Under the pieces are notes generated by a model, which had not been told where the DNA came from, did no database searches, and was given only the letters and a program-made list of their open reading frames with translations. A program made the translations under genes and the position numbers. Of a DNA stretch of 46,023 nt, positions 29,098-39,102 are shown piece by piece. Within the stretch, counting starts at the first letter, position 1. Each line of letters begins with the position of its first letter. Source of the DNA: Oligoflexales bacterium (lineage in GTDB: Bacteria > Bdellovibrionota_B > Oligoflexia > Oligoflexales > Bog-1112); contig JBGCDR010000029.1 in the NCBI GenBank assembly GCA_045105515.1, forward strand, positions 1-46,023, read 5' to 3'.

Positions 29098-29187
29098 ATT
29101 TAATCCCTAAAATCTAGTATTACAGCTTTAGACTTTGCTGTAAGTTCTCCATTACCTACTATTCTTCGGATATTCCAGGGAATTGAA

Positions 29188-29227
29188 AGTCAAACTAATG
29201 TCAAAGATATGTAAAAGAAATGTCAAA
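29188..29227. promoter_or_regulatory. Four direct repeats at 11-bp period (OmpR/PhoB-type binding array)
   Basis: AGTCAAA 29188, TGTCAAA 29199, TGTAAAA 29210, TGTCAAA 29221. Confidence 0.65.
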
Positions 29228-29525
29228 ATGTTATTATTATTGCTAAAATCAAGTTCGGGATAAATTATATTAATATTCAGTCTCATTGTCATGTGAAAAT
29301 TTTGCAATTATATAACCTGATTGGAATGCAAGCATTCTAACTGATTTTACCCATGTTTTTTTATTTAAAGACTCCAAAATAGCATCTTTTTCTCGAATTT
29401 TATAAAAGTCATTACAAATGATTTTGCAATAGAATATGGTTATGTTAGCTTCCCTCTTGCTACTGGTAGTGAAATGCATGAACTACCTTGACGTTTTTTT
29501 TCCAATTATTACTACAAAATAAAGG

Positions 29526-31406
29526 ATGCTTTCCATGATGCGACTCTTTGCTGTTGCTTTTCTGATTAGTTGTTTTAGCTTAAATGCATTGGGAGGAAAA
29601 AGGCAAAATATAGATCCTGTGCAGGTTTATAAAGAATTTGATGAGCTGGTGAGTATGCAAGAGAATGCTGTCGAAACATATGCTAGCAAACCGATGTTTG
29701 GAAGGAAAGTTGATGGATCATATGAGTGGATGACTTATCAGAAATTCGGAGAATATGTTTCTGACTTTCGCAGTGGTCTTGCGGATTTAGGTTTATTACC
29801 AGGAGATAAGGTAGCTATCATCTCACGCAACAGCCCTGAGTGGGCTGTTTCATGTTATGGAACTCTTAGTCGAGGGGCTATATTTGTACCACTTTATCCC
29901 AATCAAGGAATAGAAGATTGGAAATATAAACTGACTGATTCTGATGCAAAGATCTTGATAGTTGAAAACGCAGAGATTTACGAAGAAGTAAAGAATTTTA
30001 CCGAAGAAATCGAAACTTTACAACATGTTATTTCTGTAGCGCCATTAGAATCAGATAATGCTTTGGGCTATATACAAGTTTTGGAAAAAGGCAAGGCTAA
30101 GCCAGTAGAGTCAATGAAACCAAGTAAAGATGATATCATGGGTTTTATTTACACATCAGGTACTACGGGTAATCCTAAAGCAGTTATGCTTAGCCATGAG
30201 AACCTATCGTTTCTGATCCGTAACCTGCCGCATTTGATTGATCTTTCAGGGCAGACATCGGCATCTTTTTTACCCTGGGCTCATATATTTGGGCAGCTAG
30301 CTGAGTTACATGTCCTTATGTACTTGGGTAATGCTACAGGTTTTGTAGAGGATCCAAAGACCACATTGAAAGACAATATGATGGAACTTAAACCTTCCGT
30401 TCTATTCGCAGTTCCAAAAATATTTGAAAAAATTTATAGCAATGTTCATGTTGAAGATCCGGACAGCAGCCTTGGAGGAGTTAAAGCATATGCTTATAAA
30501 AAGTGGATGAAAGTTAAACAAAACGAGAATAGCCGCCATGGTGCTCAGAAGAAATGGGACAAATTTTGGGCTAATATGTTTTTGAAAAAAGTAAAAGCAG
30601 CTTTTGGCGGTAAGCTTCAGTATGCAGTTAGTGGAGGAGCAAAATTAGATAAGACAGTTTCAATGTTTCTAGACCAACTGGAAATCACTGTTCTGGAAGG
30701 GTATGGCATGTCTGAAACTAGTGGCATCATATCCTTAAATCGTATGGAGACCTTTGAGCGCCGTCTAGGTTCGGTAGGAAAGCCTTTTCCTGGGGTCACA
30801 GTTAGAATTGATAATGATTGGGGATCTTCTAATAGCAAAGAAGGAGAAATCATTGTTTGTGGCCCAAATGTGATGAAGGGCTATTATAAGCAACCTGAAA
30901 AAACTGAAGAAACTCTGACAGAAGACGGTTGCCTGCGTACTGGTGATGTGGGCTACTTCGATGCGCAGGGGTTTTTGCATATAACTGGGCGTACCAAAGA
31001 GATTTATAAATTGAAGAATGGGGAGTATGTCGTTCCTGGTGTTTTCGAAAACAAAGTCAAGCTAAATACATACGTAAAAGATGCTTACCTTACAGGGCAA
31101 AATAAAGATTACAATGTTTTAATCATTGCGGCTGATATTCCCGAAATTAAAAATGCCATGAAACAGGTAAACTACCTTAGTGAACTTTCGAATGAGAAGT
31201 TTTTGGGCAATGAGGATGTTATTAATTTCATGAATGAAGTAATTAACGAAATTAAATCTGATATTGATAATATCTATAATCTTCCTAGGAAATTCAAGCT
31301 AGTTGAAGCAGATTGGGAGACTATGGGTTTACTCACTCCTACCTTAAAAGCTAAACGCGCATTATTAGAAAAGCATTATGAAAAAGAGATTGCGAATATG
31401 TATTAG
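29526..31406 (+). CDS. Long-chain fatty acid--CoA ligase (AMP-binding) with an N-terminal signal-like extension
   Basis: YTSGTTGNPK, SFLPWAH, EGYGMSET, GPNVMKGYY, RTGDVG, TPTLKAKR. Confidence 0.92.
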   Translation: MLSMMRLFAVAFLISCFSLNALGGKRQNIDPVQVYKEFDELVSMQENAVETYASKPMFGRKVDGSYEWMTYQKFGEYVSDFRSGLADLGLLPGDKVAIISRNSPEWAVSCYGTLSRGAIFVPLYPNQGIEDWKYKLTDSDAKILIVENAEIYEEVKNFTEEIETLQHVISVAPLESDNALGYIQVLEKGKAKPVESMKPSKDDIMGFIYTSGTTGNPKAVMLSHENLSFLIRNLPHLIDLSGQTSASFLPWAHIFGQLAELHVLMYLGNATGFVEDPKTTLKDNMMELKPSVLFAVPKIFEKIYSNVHVEDPDSSLGGVKAYAYKKWMKVKQNENSRHGAQKKWDKFWANMFLKKVKAAFGGKLQYAVSGGAKLDKTVSMFLDQLEITVLEGYGMSETSGIISLNRMETFERRLGSVGKPFPGVTVRIDNDWGSSNSKEGEIIVCGPNVMKGYYKQPEKTEETLTEDGCLRTGDVGYFDAQGFLHITGRTKEIYKLKNGEYVVPGVFENKVKLNTYVKDAYLTGQNKDYNVLIIAADIPEIKNAMKQVNYLSELSNEKFLGNEDVINFMNEVINEIKSDIDNIYNLPRKFKLVEADWETMGLLTPTLKAKRALLEKHYEKEIANMY

Positions 31407-31416
31407 CTACTTGCTT

Positions 31417-31452
31417 GGAGTGGTATTTTGAGAATCATTCTCATACCTCTCC
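31417..31452 (+). terminator. Hairpin after the acyl-CoA ligase containing a Fur-box-like core
   Basis: GGAGTGGTA...TACCTCTCC enclosing TGAGAAT-C-ATTCTCA. Confidence 0.5.
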
Positions 31453-31637
31453 TATTTCATTAGTTTTAATTTGAGGCTCTGGCGAAAAAAATAATCTTAC
31501 CCAAATTGCTAATTTTGCTCAAATAATAATATTTCATATAAAATCAAAGTTTTTAATACTTTACTAAGTGGAAGGTTTTGCCGATTACAGGCATGCGAGA
31601 GTCTTGTACTTTAACCCACTTTTTATGAAGCACTAGC

Positions 31638-32615
31638 ATGATGTTTAGGTTATCAATATTTACCCTGGTATTGTACGGCTGTGGCTTTGGTAATTTAGAT
31701 GCTGGACAACCCAAATCTAAAGAATTTACTGTTTCCTCTCAAGAAGAAAATTTAACACGATCCAAACAGTTAGACTCTACCGAAGTCGGTAATGGTAGGA
31801 CTGAGAGTATTTTATCTGAGGAACAATCAAGGTCAGATTTTGATAAGCTTTCAAGTAATAATCCTATTGAGTCCACAGAAATTGGTAATGGTAATAAACC
31901 CGATCTTGAAAACAGTGTTGATACTCCTGAAGAGGGATCTAATTCTGGGAAAGACTCAGCTATTGTGACTGCAGCTTTTCTTACTTCCTGTGTGTTGTCG
32001 AGTAGTAAAGTGGACTGTAATATTTCTCATGGAGAGAAATACGATTTCCAGAATTTGATAGTTTACGACCTTAATAAAAATAAAGTTCCTGCAGAAAGCG
32101 TGAATTATAACTTAGAAAATGATCAGTTGGAAATTTCGGTTGAAGGTGATTCTTTAATTGGCAGTCTAGAAGTAGAGCAAACTCCAGTGGACCTCTCGAT
32201 GAATGTAGCAGATCAAGGGATGAGAGATATTTTAATTGGTACTTATAACAGCCTGCTATGGGGTGATTTGGAAATTAGGTTTTCAGGTAATGGTGTTTTA
32301 ATAGTTTATATAATTGGGGAGAAAACCATTGGTTTTGCCCAAGGTAGCTTTAACGAAGACAATGGAATTGTCACAGGTAAGTGGTGCGAGCGGTCTGTCA
32401 AGAAAGATGGAAAAATAGATAACAAGAAACTCTCAGGATCTGGACAGCTTGAATTCCATTTCGAGTACGGAGAGAACCAGCAGGTGCAAGCCGAAGGTCA
32501 GTGGAATTCTGGTGAAGGTACTAATTGGCATAATGACTGGAATTTAAACAAGATCGGTGATCGTAGCAACTATGAAGAATACTTCGATCAGTTTGCAGAA
32601 TATAGTTGTGATTAA
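31638..32615 (+). CDS. Hypothetical lipoprotein
   Basis: Lipobox-like LYGC, low-complexity linker with a repeated STE(V/I)GNG, beta-rich Trp/Gly C-terminal domain. Confidence 0.75.
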   Translation: MMFRLSIFTLVLYGCGFGNLDAGQPKSKEFTVSSQEENLTRSKQLDSTEVGNGRTESILSEEQSRSDFDKLSSNNPIESTEIGNGNKPDLENSVDTPEEGSNSGKDSAIVTAAFLTSCVLSSSKVDCNISHGEKYDFQNLIVYDLNKNKVPAESVNYNLENDQLEISVEGDSLIGSLEVEQTPVDLSMNVADQGMRDILIGTYNSLLWGDLEIRFSGNGVLIVYIIGEKTIGFAQGSFNEDNGIVTGKWCERSVKKDGKIDNKKLSGSGQLEFHFEYGENQQVQAEGQWNSGEGTNWHNDWNLNKIGDRSNYEEYFDQFAEYSCD

Positions 32616-32634
32616 TCCTTAATATCTATAACAA

Positions 32635-32667
32635 AATCAGAACTGCTTTTGTTAAGCTGTTCTGATT
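32635..32667. terminator. Bidirectional terminator between convergent genes
   Basis: AATCAGAAC.GCTT / AAGC.GTTCTGATT stem flanked by A and T runs. Confidence 0.7.
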
Positions 32668-33037
32668 ATTTTTTTTCCCAAATCGGGGTTGCTTTTTGTA
32701 AAACTCTTAATTCGGTGGGTGTGTATTTTGGGTGATTGTCATTTTTGTCAAACATTACTAGACTTGCTTTTCCTTGTTGATATATCGTGATTTTTTTAAA
32801 GTAACCTGAGCAAAATAAGCTTGAGATAATACTACGAATATGATCGTCTGAAGTGTCAAAAGCACAAGCTATTGTCCGAATGCTTGTTTCAATATATGAG
32901 AATTTATCTAGTTCATGTAGAATACTAATTGCAATAGCATCTAGGTTTCCTTGCTTCTTTATTCCATTGCTTCTCGACCATATAACAATAGGAACATGGC
33001 TTGCCATTTGTTCTATTAAGTGTTGATCAGGTGACAT
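32666..33037 (-). CDS. Hypothetical protein, possibly winged-helix
   Basis: 123 aa ORF; 'TSIRTIACAFDTSDDHIRSIISSLFCSGYF' resembles a wHTH recognition region. Confidence 0.55.
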   Translation of the reverse strand: MSPDQHLIEQMASHVPIVIWSRSNGIKKQGNLDAIAISILHELDKFSYIETSIRTIACAFDTSDDHIRSIISSLFCSGYFKKITIYQQGKASLVMFDKNDNHPKYTPTELRVLQKATPIWEKK

Positions 33038-33182
33038 TATTATTCATCTCAGTTGATCCCCCCTAATGATATAAGCGGAATACTCAACTCAGATGTTGAA
33101 TGATCTTGAATTGTATGATGATATTCGGGGCTTTCCTCCTTTGCTTCCTCGTTTGCTAAAGAATACAGAGGACTAAGTTATA

Positions 33183-35780
33183 TTAGTGGCCAGAGGAACA
33201 ATGTAATTCTACTGAGGCATTATTAGCTGCATCTCTGATTTCACTAGCATATACCCGATCTGAAAGATCTCTCTCTTTGAAAGATAATAGATATGGGCAG
33301 ACCGAGTTTATCGATTTGCTCTGACCTCCCAGCAGCTTCATCGAATAGATCATCTCGTAGTCGTATCTGCAGGTTTCGGCGCGGTCGATTAGATACTTTG
33401 ATAGATTTTCATCTTGGTACCTTGCTGTCTTTAAGTTTGCAATAATGCGTTTAAACCAGTGATAGGAACATGATTTAATCATTTGTTGGATAAAGTCTTT
33501 TGATACTATGCTGGGATTTTTTGTCAAAACGTCTATAAGATGTGCTCGATCTTTGGTAACCAATTTTGATTCCTGCAAACGTTGTACAGCAAACTCTTGG
33601 GCTATTTTTAGATTAGCATGTGTTAATTTATCTAGGATCGCTTCTCGTTCGCTTGTATAAGGTGTTTCCATAAACTCTTTTTGCCAACTTAAGATTTGTT
33701 TGCTGGAAGCCGGAATTTGCCCATGCTTTACAAGCCAAACTTTGCCATGGGCAATGGCTCGTCTTACACTAAGATCTAGTTCTGCAGGAGAAAGCTGTTC
33801 TAAGTGAGTTATGATTTTTTCAATTATCGAATAGGATTCTTTAAACTGGCTTAAGAGAGCTAGGCTTTCAGCTTTTATGTAAGGGGAGGTCTCAGCTAGA
33901 ATAATCTCCTGGTAAACTTTAAACTGTTTTTTGGATGGTTTCTCCTTGAATAATCGCTTTAGTGCCATCATACGGCTGTATGCAGAGGGAGCACTCTTAA
34001 AGACTTCAAGCCAATTAGAATGCAATTGGGCTAATTGGCCATCAAATTGGATTTCAGCAGGAACAATTAACTCTGGGTCTAGGTTGTAAGCAACAGGTTC
34101 AAAATCTAAACTGAGTTCAAATCTTTGTTTGGCATCATAAATGTCAACTGTATAAACTGACCTTTGACCATCTACACCAAAAACTTCTATGTCTAGTGGG
34201 AAAGAAAAGACATTCCATTTATTTTTTAATCTTGTCGCTTGAATCTGCTCGATATTTCCTACTAGAGAATTATCTTCAAATTCTATCTTAGCTGAAATAA
34301 TGGGATGACCTTTTGAGCGAACCCATTGATCAAAGAATATTTGCCAGGAACGATTGCTTGCTTGCTCCAAAGCTGCTTGCAAATGGCTATTACTTACATT
34401 TCCTCCACCTTTGTTTTCTAAATAGATTTTAAGTGCCTTAGAGAACAATTCTGTCTTATGATTTTTAGCCATAGGTAATCGATTTGTTATGCTTCTCATC
34501 AGATGGATAACCAGTGCACCCTTTTCATATGAATGGGAATCAAATATATTTTCCATTCGATTATTTGGACTCGATAGTGCTCTTGCATATCTTTTAGCCT
34601 CTGAGAAATATCCCTCCCGCCACCATAAGTGATAGTCCATTGCATTTGAGGTCTTTTCTGTCTTTGAAAAATATACAAATGGTAGATAGCTGGCAAATCC
34701 TTCATTGAGCCACATCTCTTTCCAAGATTCACATGTGACCCAGTCTCCAAACCACTGGTGCGCGAGTTCGTGGGCTACAACTCCTTCACCTGAAAGATCT
34801 CCTCTGATACGCCAGCCTCCCATAGTTGTGGCAGATTGATGTTCCATGGAACTTGACCATGCTTGAGCTACTGACTGGCTATAGCTGGCAAAAGGGTAGC
34901 TGACTCCTGTGAATTCTCCTATTACTTTCATCATTTGTTTAGTATTGCTCACAGCTTTTAAAGCAGAGCGAGCTAAGGCTGGAGGGGCCCATAGTTTCAG
35001 GGGTTTCTTGTGAAAAGTACCTAAATCAAAAACTGTGAAATCTCCCACCGCTAAGCTAACGAGATAAGGAGCTATAGGGAAATCCATGCGATAGTGGAAA
35101 TTACTTGTAACTCCTAGTTGCTTGTTTCCAAGCAAAATACCATTACTTAGAGCTTTGTAAGAGGCAGGGGTACTGATTTTAACATCAAGAATTGCTTTAG
35201 CGTTAGGTCTGTCAATACAGGGAAACCAATGTTGGCTTCCCTCAGGTTGGGTGAAAGTATAAGATGAGATCGAGCGGTTTGGACTGCTTGCATCAGGAGC
35301 TGTCAAAAAATAATGTTGGCTCTTCTGGGCTCGGTAATTAATTGACACTGTTCTATGGATTTTTTCTGGATTGTTCGGGTTTAAGTGAATTCGCAGGATA
35401 CTACCATCGTAGTCGAAGCTTAGGTAGTCCCCTTGTTGATTGATAACTGAATTAATTTGCATATTTTTGGCATCAAAAGAGACTAAAGGTTTAAACGGAT
35501 CTTTGAGCCTAAAGGCAATCTTGCTAACTCCTTCAATTAAACCGGAAACTGGATCTGCAGATATATCAAGAAAATAAGCTTCTGGGATAGCATTGATAGG
35601 TCTATTTCGTGGGTGGAGGTTTTTACTGTCAGACCTTAAATTTATAGATGCAAATGTGTGGATTGGGTGCTCATGATTAGGGTTACGTAGGGAACTAAAA
35701 TCTAAGGGAGTAGCGATGCCGTTTAAGGAAAACGTAAATTGCGTGACTACAATAAAGGTGACAACTAATAAATTCTGCAC
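33183..35780 (-). CDS. Secreted M1 family aminopeptidase with helical (HEAT-like) C-terminus
   Basis: SSMEH (GAMEN variant), VVAHELAHQWFG, WLNEGFA, YEKGA; signal peptide; AGGAG SD before GTG. Confidence 0.93.
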   Translation of the reverse strand: MQNLLVVTFIVVTQFTFSLNGIATPLDFSSLRNPNHEHPIHTFASINLRSDSKNLHPRNRPINAIPEAYFLDISADPVSGLIEGVSKIAFRLKDPFKPLVSFDAKNMQINSVINQQGDYLSFDYDGSILRIHLNPNNPEKIHRTVSINYRAQKSQHYFLTAPDASSPNRSISSYTFTQPEGSQHWFPCIDRPNAKAILDVKISTPASYKALSNGILLGNKQLGVTSNFHYRMDFPIAPYLVSLAVGDFTVFDLGTFHKKPLKLWAPPALARSALKAVSNTKQMMKVIGEFTGVSYPFASYSQSVAQAWSSSMEHQSATTMGGWRIRGDLSGEGVVAHELAHQWFGDWVTCESWKEMWLNEGFASYLPFVYFSKTEKTSNAMDYHLWWREGYFSEAKRYARALSSPNNRMENIFDSHSYEKGALVIHLMRSITNRLPMAKNHKTELFSKALKIYLENKGGGNVSNSHLQAALEQASNRSWQIFFDQWVRSKGHPIISAKIEFEDNSLVGNIEQIQATRLKNKWNVFSFPLDIEVFGVDGQRSVYTVDIYDAKQRFELSLDFEPVAYNLDPELIVPAEIQFDGQLAQLHSNWLEVFKSAPSAYSRMMALKRLFKEKPSKKQFKVYQEIILAETSPYIKAESLALLSQFKESYSIIEKIITHLEQLSPAELDLSVRRAIAHGKVWLVKHGQIPASSKQILSWQKEFMETPYTSEREAILDKLTHANLKIAQEFAVQRLQESKLVTKDRAHLIDVLTKNPSIVSKDFIQQMIKSCSYHWFKRIIANLKTARYQDENLSKYLIDRAETCRYDYEMIYSMKLLGGQSKSINSVCPYLLSFKERDLSDRVYASEIRDAANNASVELHCSSGH

Positions 35781-36074
35781 TAATTACTCCTAAGGGCCGG
35801 TTCTTGATAGAAATATACGGCTGAAATAATTTATGAAAATACGGTTTTTTCTTTTTTTATCTCAAAATTGCTTATTGATGCAAGATTAAGTTTCAGCTTT
35901 CTAACTTTTTAGGCCAAATAATCCTTAGGATGAAAAAAATGCTTAGCATTAAGAGTGGTTAATTTTAAAAGTTTCATATTTAGATTTTTGCTATCGATAA
36001 ATCCCTAACGAGTAGCAAATGCGATAATTTTTGCTCATTCCACTGACTCTGGCAGGAATCGGTAAGGGTATTCA

Positions 36075-37247
36075 ATGAATGACGCTTTAATTGATAGGTT
36101 TTCAATTTACATTGATCGGCTTTTTAATCGATTCTACTGGCTCTTTTTTGGAGTTATAGGAGCAATTATATTTGGAGGCAATAAGCATTTGCATGGCACT
36201 GAGAGTAAAACTACTAAGCGACTAATTGAAGATGCTGAACTAATCGAAAGACAGTTTGAAAACTTAGTACAGAGTCGTAGTAAGATCTCAGAACAATATA
36301 ATTTACTGAAAAAAGGTCTCAATCAAAAAGTTATCGCTTTAAAAAAAGTTAAAGAATCATTGAATTCAAGAGAAGAAAAATATCGACGAGCCGAAATAGG
36401 GACTAAAGAACTTTCAGGGCGGATTAAAAAATTAGAATTAATCACATTTTCTCACACCGTCTTAGTTTTATCTCTCGAACAGTTGCTTGCACGGCACCAA
36501 GGTAGTCTTAAGAAACTTGAAGTTCAATTGCCACAAACAAAATCTGCGTTTGGAAAAATAGCTGTAGAGCAAAGTGATTATGCTAAGGAGCTAAGAAATT
36601 GGGTTGCTGCTTCAGCATTGCTAGATAAAGATATAGACCAAAAAATCAAAAAATTAAAAGCACTTGCAAAATCTATGTATGAAAAACAAGAATTACCTAA
36701 AAAAATTACTCCAATGAGTATTCTCTATGAAATAAAAACATCAGAGGTAGAATTGCTTGAGACAGATCTTATTTATGCGATGGAGAAGATTTCACAGCTG
36801 ATATATTTTACAGATGTAAGTTACAAGGAAATTTCAATTTTGCAGCAAAATCTTTCATACGGAAATAAAAAATATGAAGAATTAAACAAAGAGATCAATA
36901 CTCTCGATGAGCAATTATTCAAAGTAAGGAAGTCGAAGATAGATTTAGCCAACAAATTAGCGATGCTCAAGGGAAAACTACATGCGACTCAGGAACAGAA
37001 AGCTTACCATCAGCAGGGTACTGCTTATCTGGAAAAACAGTTAAATATGAAAACGCAGGAAATAGCTAGCTTAGCAGTGAATTTTAGTCTTGTTGACAGT
37101 CAGCAAAATTTGCTAGAAGAAAAAATTAAGACATTAAAAATAAAGATTGAATCTAGCTCAAGCATTGCTGACATAGTTATTAGCATTGTTGCTAAGGTTG
37201 AAAGGGAAATGATAAAAAAGCTGCCATACAGGAATAACTTACTTTAA
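36075..37247 (+). CDS. Membrane-anchored long coiled-coil protein
   Basis: Single N-terminal hydrophobic helix followed by ~340 aa of heptad-rich L/K/E/Q sequence. Confidence 0.7.
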   Translation: MNDALIDRFSIYIDRLFNRFYWLFFGVIGAIIFGGNKHLHGTESKTTKRLIEDAELIERQFENLVQSRSKISEQYNLLKKGLNQKVIALKKVKESLNSREEKYRRAEIGTKELSGRIKKLELITFSHTVLVLSLEQLLARHQGSLKKLEVQLPQTKSAFGKIAVEQSDYAKELRNWVAASALLDKDIDQKIKKLKALAKSMYEKQELPKKITPMSILYEIKTSEVELLETDLIYAMEKISQLIYFTDVSYKEISILQQNLSYGNKKYEELNKEINTLDEQLFKVRKSKIDLANKLAMLKGKLHATQEQKAYHQQGTAYLEKQLNMKTQEIASLAVNFSLVDSQQNLLEEKIKTLKIKIESSSSIADIVISIVAKVEREMIKKLPYRNNLL

Positions 37248-37352
37248 TTAGAAATGTTTTAGATTTGTTAGATTAATAGTTAGTGAGTAAATTTTTTTGA
37301 TTTGACAAAGAGCTTAGAAATATAAACTAAGTTTTTTAGGGGCAGATGATTT

Positions 37353-37820
37353 ATGGCAATCCCAGATGAATTGAAAGGTTGTCCTCTTTTCTACGAAATG
37401 TATGAAAAGGAGATTGAAAAAATTGTCAAGCGTGGGGCCGTGGCAACCTATCAAGTTGGTGAATCGGTAGTTCGTGATGGAGATGAAGGAGATGAAATCT
37501 TTGTTGTCCTTGAAGGGAGGCTTGTTGTCCAGAAGAAAACAGCTGCAGGTATTATAGCCATTGCACCTTTGGTTAAAGGGGATGTTTTTGGAGAGTTAGT
37601 ATTACTAGATGAAAAAATAAGATCTGCAGATATTATCAGCGAAGATATTTCCCACATTTTACAATTATCCTACCATCAAATCTTTCATCTTTATGAGAAA
37701 GAGCCAAGAATTTTTGGTGTTCTGCTACTTAACGTTTCCCGGCTGCTAGCTAAAAGATTAAGGGCAACCAACAAAATTATCGTCGATTTGCGAAAAGAAA
37801 AAACTGATAATTCGAAATAG
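37353..37820 (+). CDS. Stand-alone cyclic nucleotide-binding domain protein
   Basis: VRDGDEGDEIFVVLEG, GDVFGELVLL..RSADI; no C-terminal HTH. Confidence 0.9.
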   Translation: MAIPDELKGCPLFYEMYEKEIEKIVKRGAVATYQVGESVVRDGDEGDEIFVVLEGRLVVQKKTAAGIIAIAPLVKGDVFGELVLLDEKIRSADIISEDISHILQLSYHQIFHLYEKEPRIFGVLLLNVSRLLAKRLRATNKIIVDLRKEKTDNSK

Positions 37821-38185
37821 TAAACTTTTAAAGATGCCAGTCGAATTCAATGGTCAATAAAACCGAATTGTATTATTACTAAAATATTACCTCTAAATAG
37901 TGCCATCCACTAGTTTTACAATTTTAATTTTTTTCGACGTTGATAAGGTTTAATTATAACTTCTTTTAGGAATGATTTCATGATAAATAACATATTGATA
38001 TAGTTAACTAAAATAGGTCTTTTTAAGATCTCTGATTATTGTCATTTTATTACCTTGCTTTGTAACAATGTAGTTCTTCTCCATTAGGATTTTTTGAATT
38101 GCAATAAATTAATTGCTTCTTATACTATCCGATCGGTCCTTGAATTTTATTTTACAAAAAGAATGTTGTCGTTTGGATTGGAAGA

Positions 38186-38725
38186 TTGGAAATGGAAATT
38201 GATAGAATATTAAAAAAGATATCTAGATACCTTCTTGAATATCGGCGAAAAAATGAAATCACTCAATATGAAATGGCAAATGTGATAGGACTTTCAATCT
38301 CACGGTACTCAGAAATTGAAAGAAATATGGGCCATGCAGGCTTGGCACTTAAAACGCTGCTTATAATTGCTGAACTAGAACATAATTCAATTTCGGAGTT
38401 TTTTCAAACTCTAGAAAACGAAAAGCCAAGCAGTAAGCTGAAGATCAATGAAGACCCTCTTGTAAAACACTTTGATGAACTTAATAAACCGATCAAGATG
38501 GCTTTTTTGAAACGGGTTCGTAAAAATAATCCTAGGCACAGAACCATCCCAAATAAATTGAAGTGGTCTATAGATCTTATGAATTTGATGTTGGATGGGA
38601 AGCCTGAACAATTGGAAGAAATGGAACTCATGATCCTCAATTACTACATCAACCAAATAAGTAAAAATGCAGATAATAAAAAAGCTGTGAAAGGTCGAGT
38701 TAGTAAACTGATCAAAAATATGTAG
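38186..38725 (+). CDS. XRE-family helix-turn-helix transcriptional regulator
   Basis: LLEYRRKNEITQYEMANVIGLSISRYSEIER; start may be ATG 38192. Confidence 0.8.
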   Translation: MEMEIDRILKKISRYLLEYRRKNEITQYEMANVIGLSISRYSEIERNMGHAGLALKTLLIIAELEHNSISEFFQTLENEKPSSKLKINEDPLVKHFDELNKPIKMAFLKRVRKNNPRHRTIPNKLKWSIDLMNLMLDGKPEQLEEMELMILNYYINQISKNADNKKAVKGRVSKLIKNM

Positions 38726-38750
38726 AAGAGTTAATTTTACTTTAAAAAAC

Positions 38751-38778
38751 TAATCCCACATCTTGGGATGTGGGATTA
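38751..38778. repeat. Perfect 12-bp inverted repeat (terminator or operator)
   Basis: TAATCCCACATC-TTGG-GATGTGGGATTA. Confidence 0.8.
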
Positions 38779-39102
38779 CTTAAGGAGGGGTACTATGAAT
38801 ACATAAGTATTTGCAAACTCAGGGCCAACTTTAAATGTTGAGATATATTAATAATATTAAATGGATAGATGGTCCTTGAGCTTGAATTAGCTTTTTCTGG
38901 CATTTACAGTTGTAAATTATTTGTGCACATGCATGTACGACTCCTTCCGGGAGCTAGAGCTTGATGACCATGAAGGATATATTTTGCCAAGGCAAGCGAC
39001 ACTCTAATTTAACAGGAAAATTTGCTCAAATTAATCAAATCAGTTAATCTTCAAGAAACTACTTTATGCAAGCAATGTTCAATACTCCGTGAGGATCAGG
39101 AA

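Noticed and set aside
29120..29143. TTACAGC-N10-GCTGTAA as a DesT/FabR operator
   Set aside because: Does not match the FabR-type box I know; may be only a 5'-UTR hairpin
37302..37328. Sigma70 promoter with perfect TTGACA
   Set aside because: Best -10 candidates sit at 13-15 nt spacing
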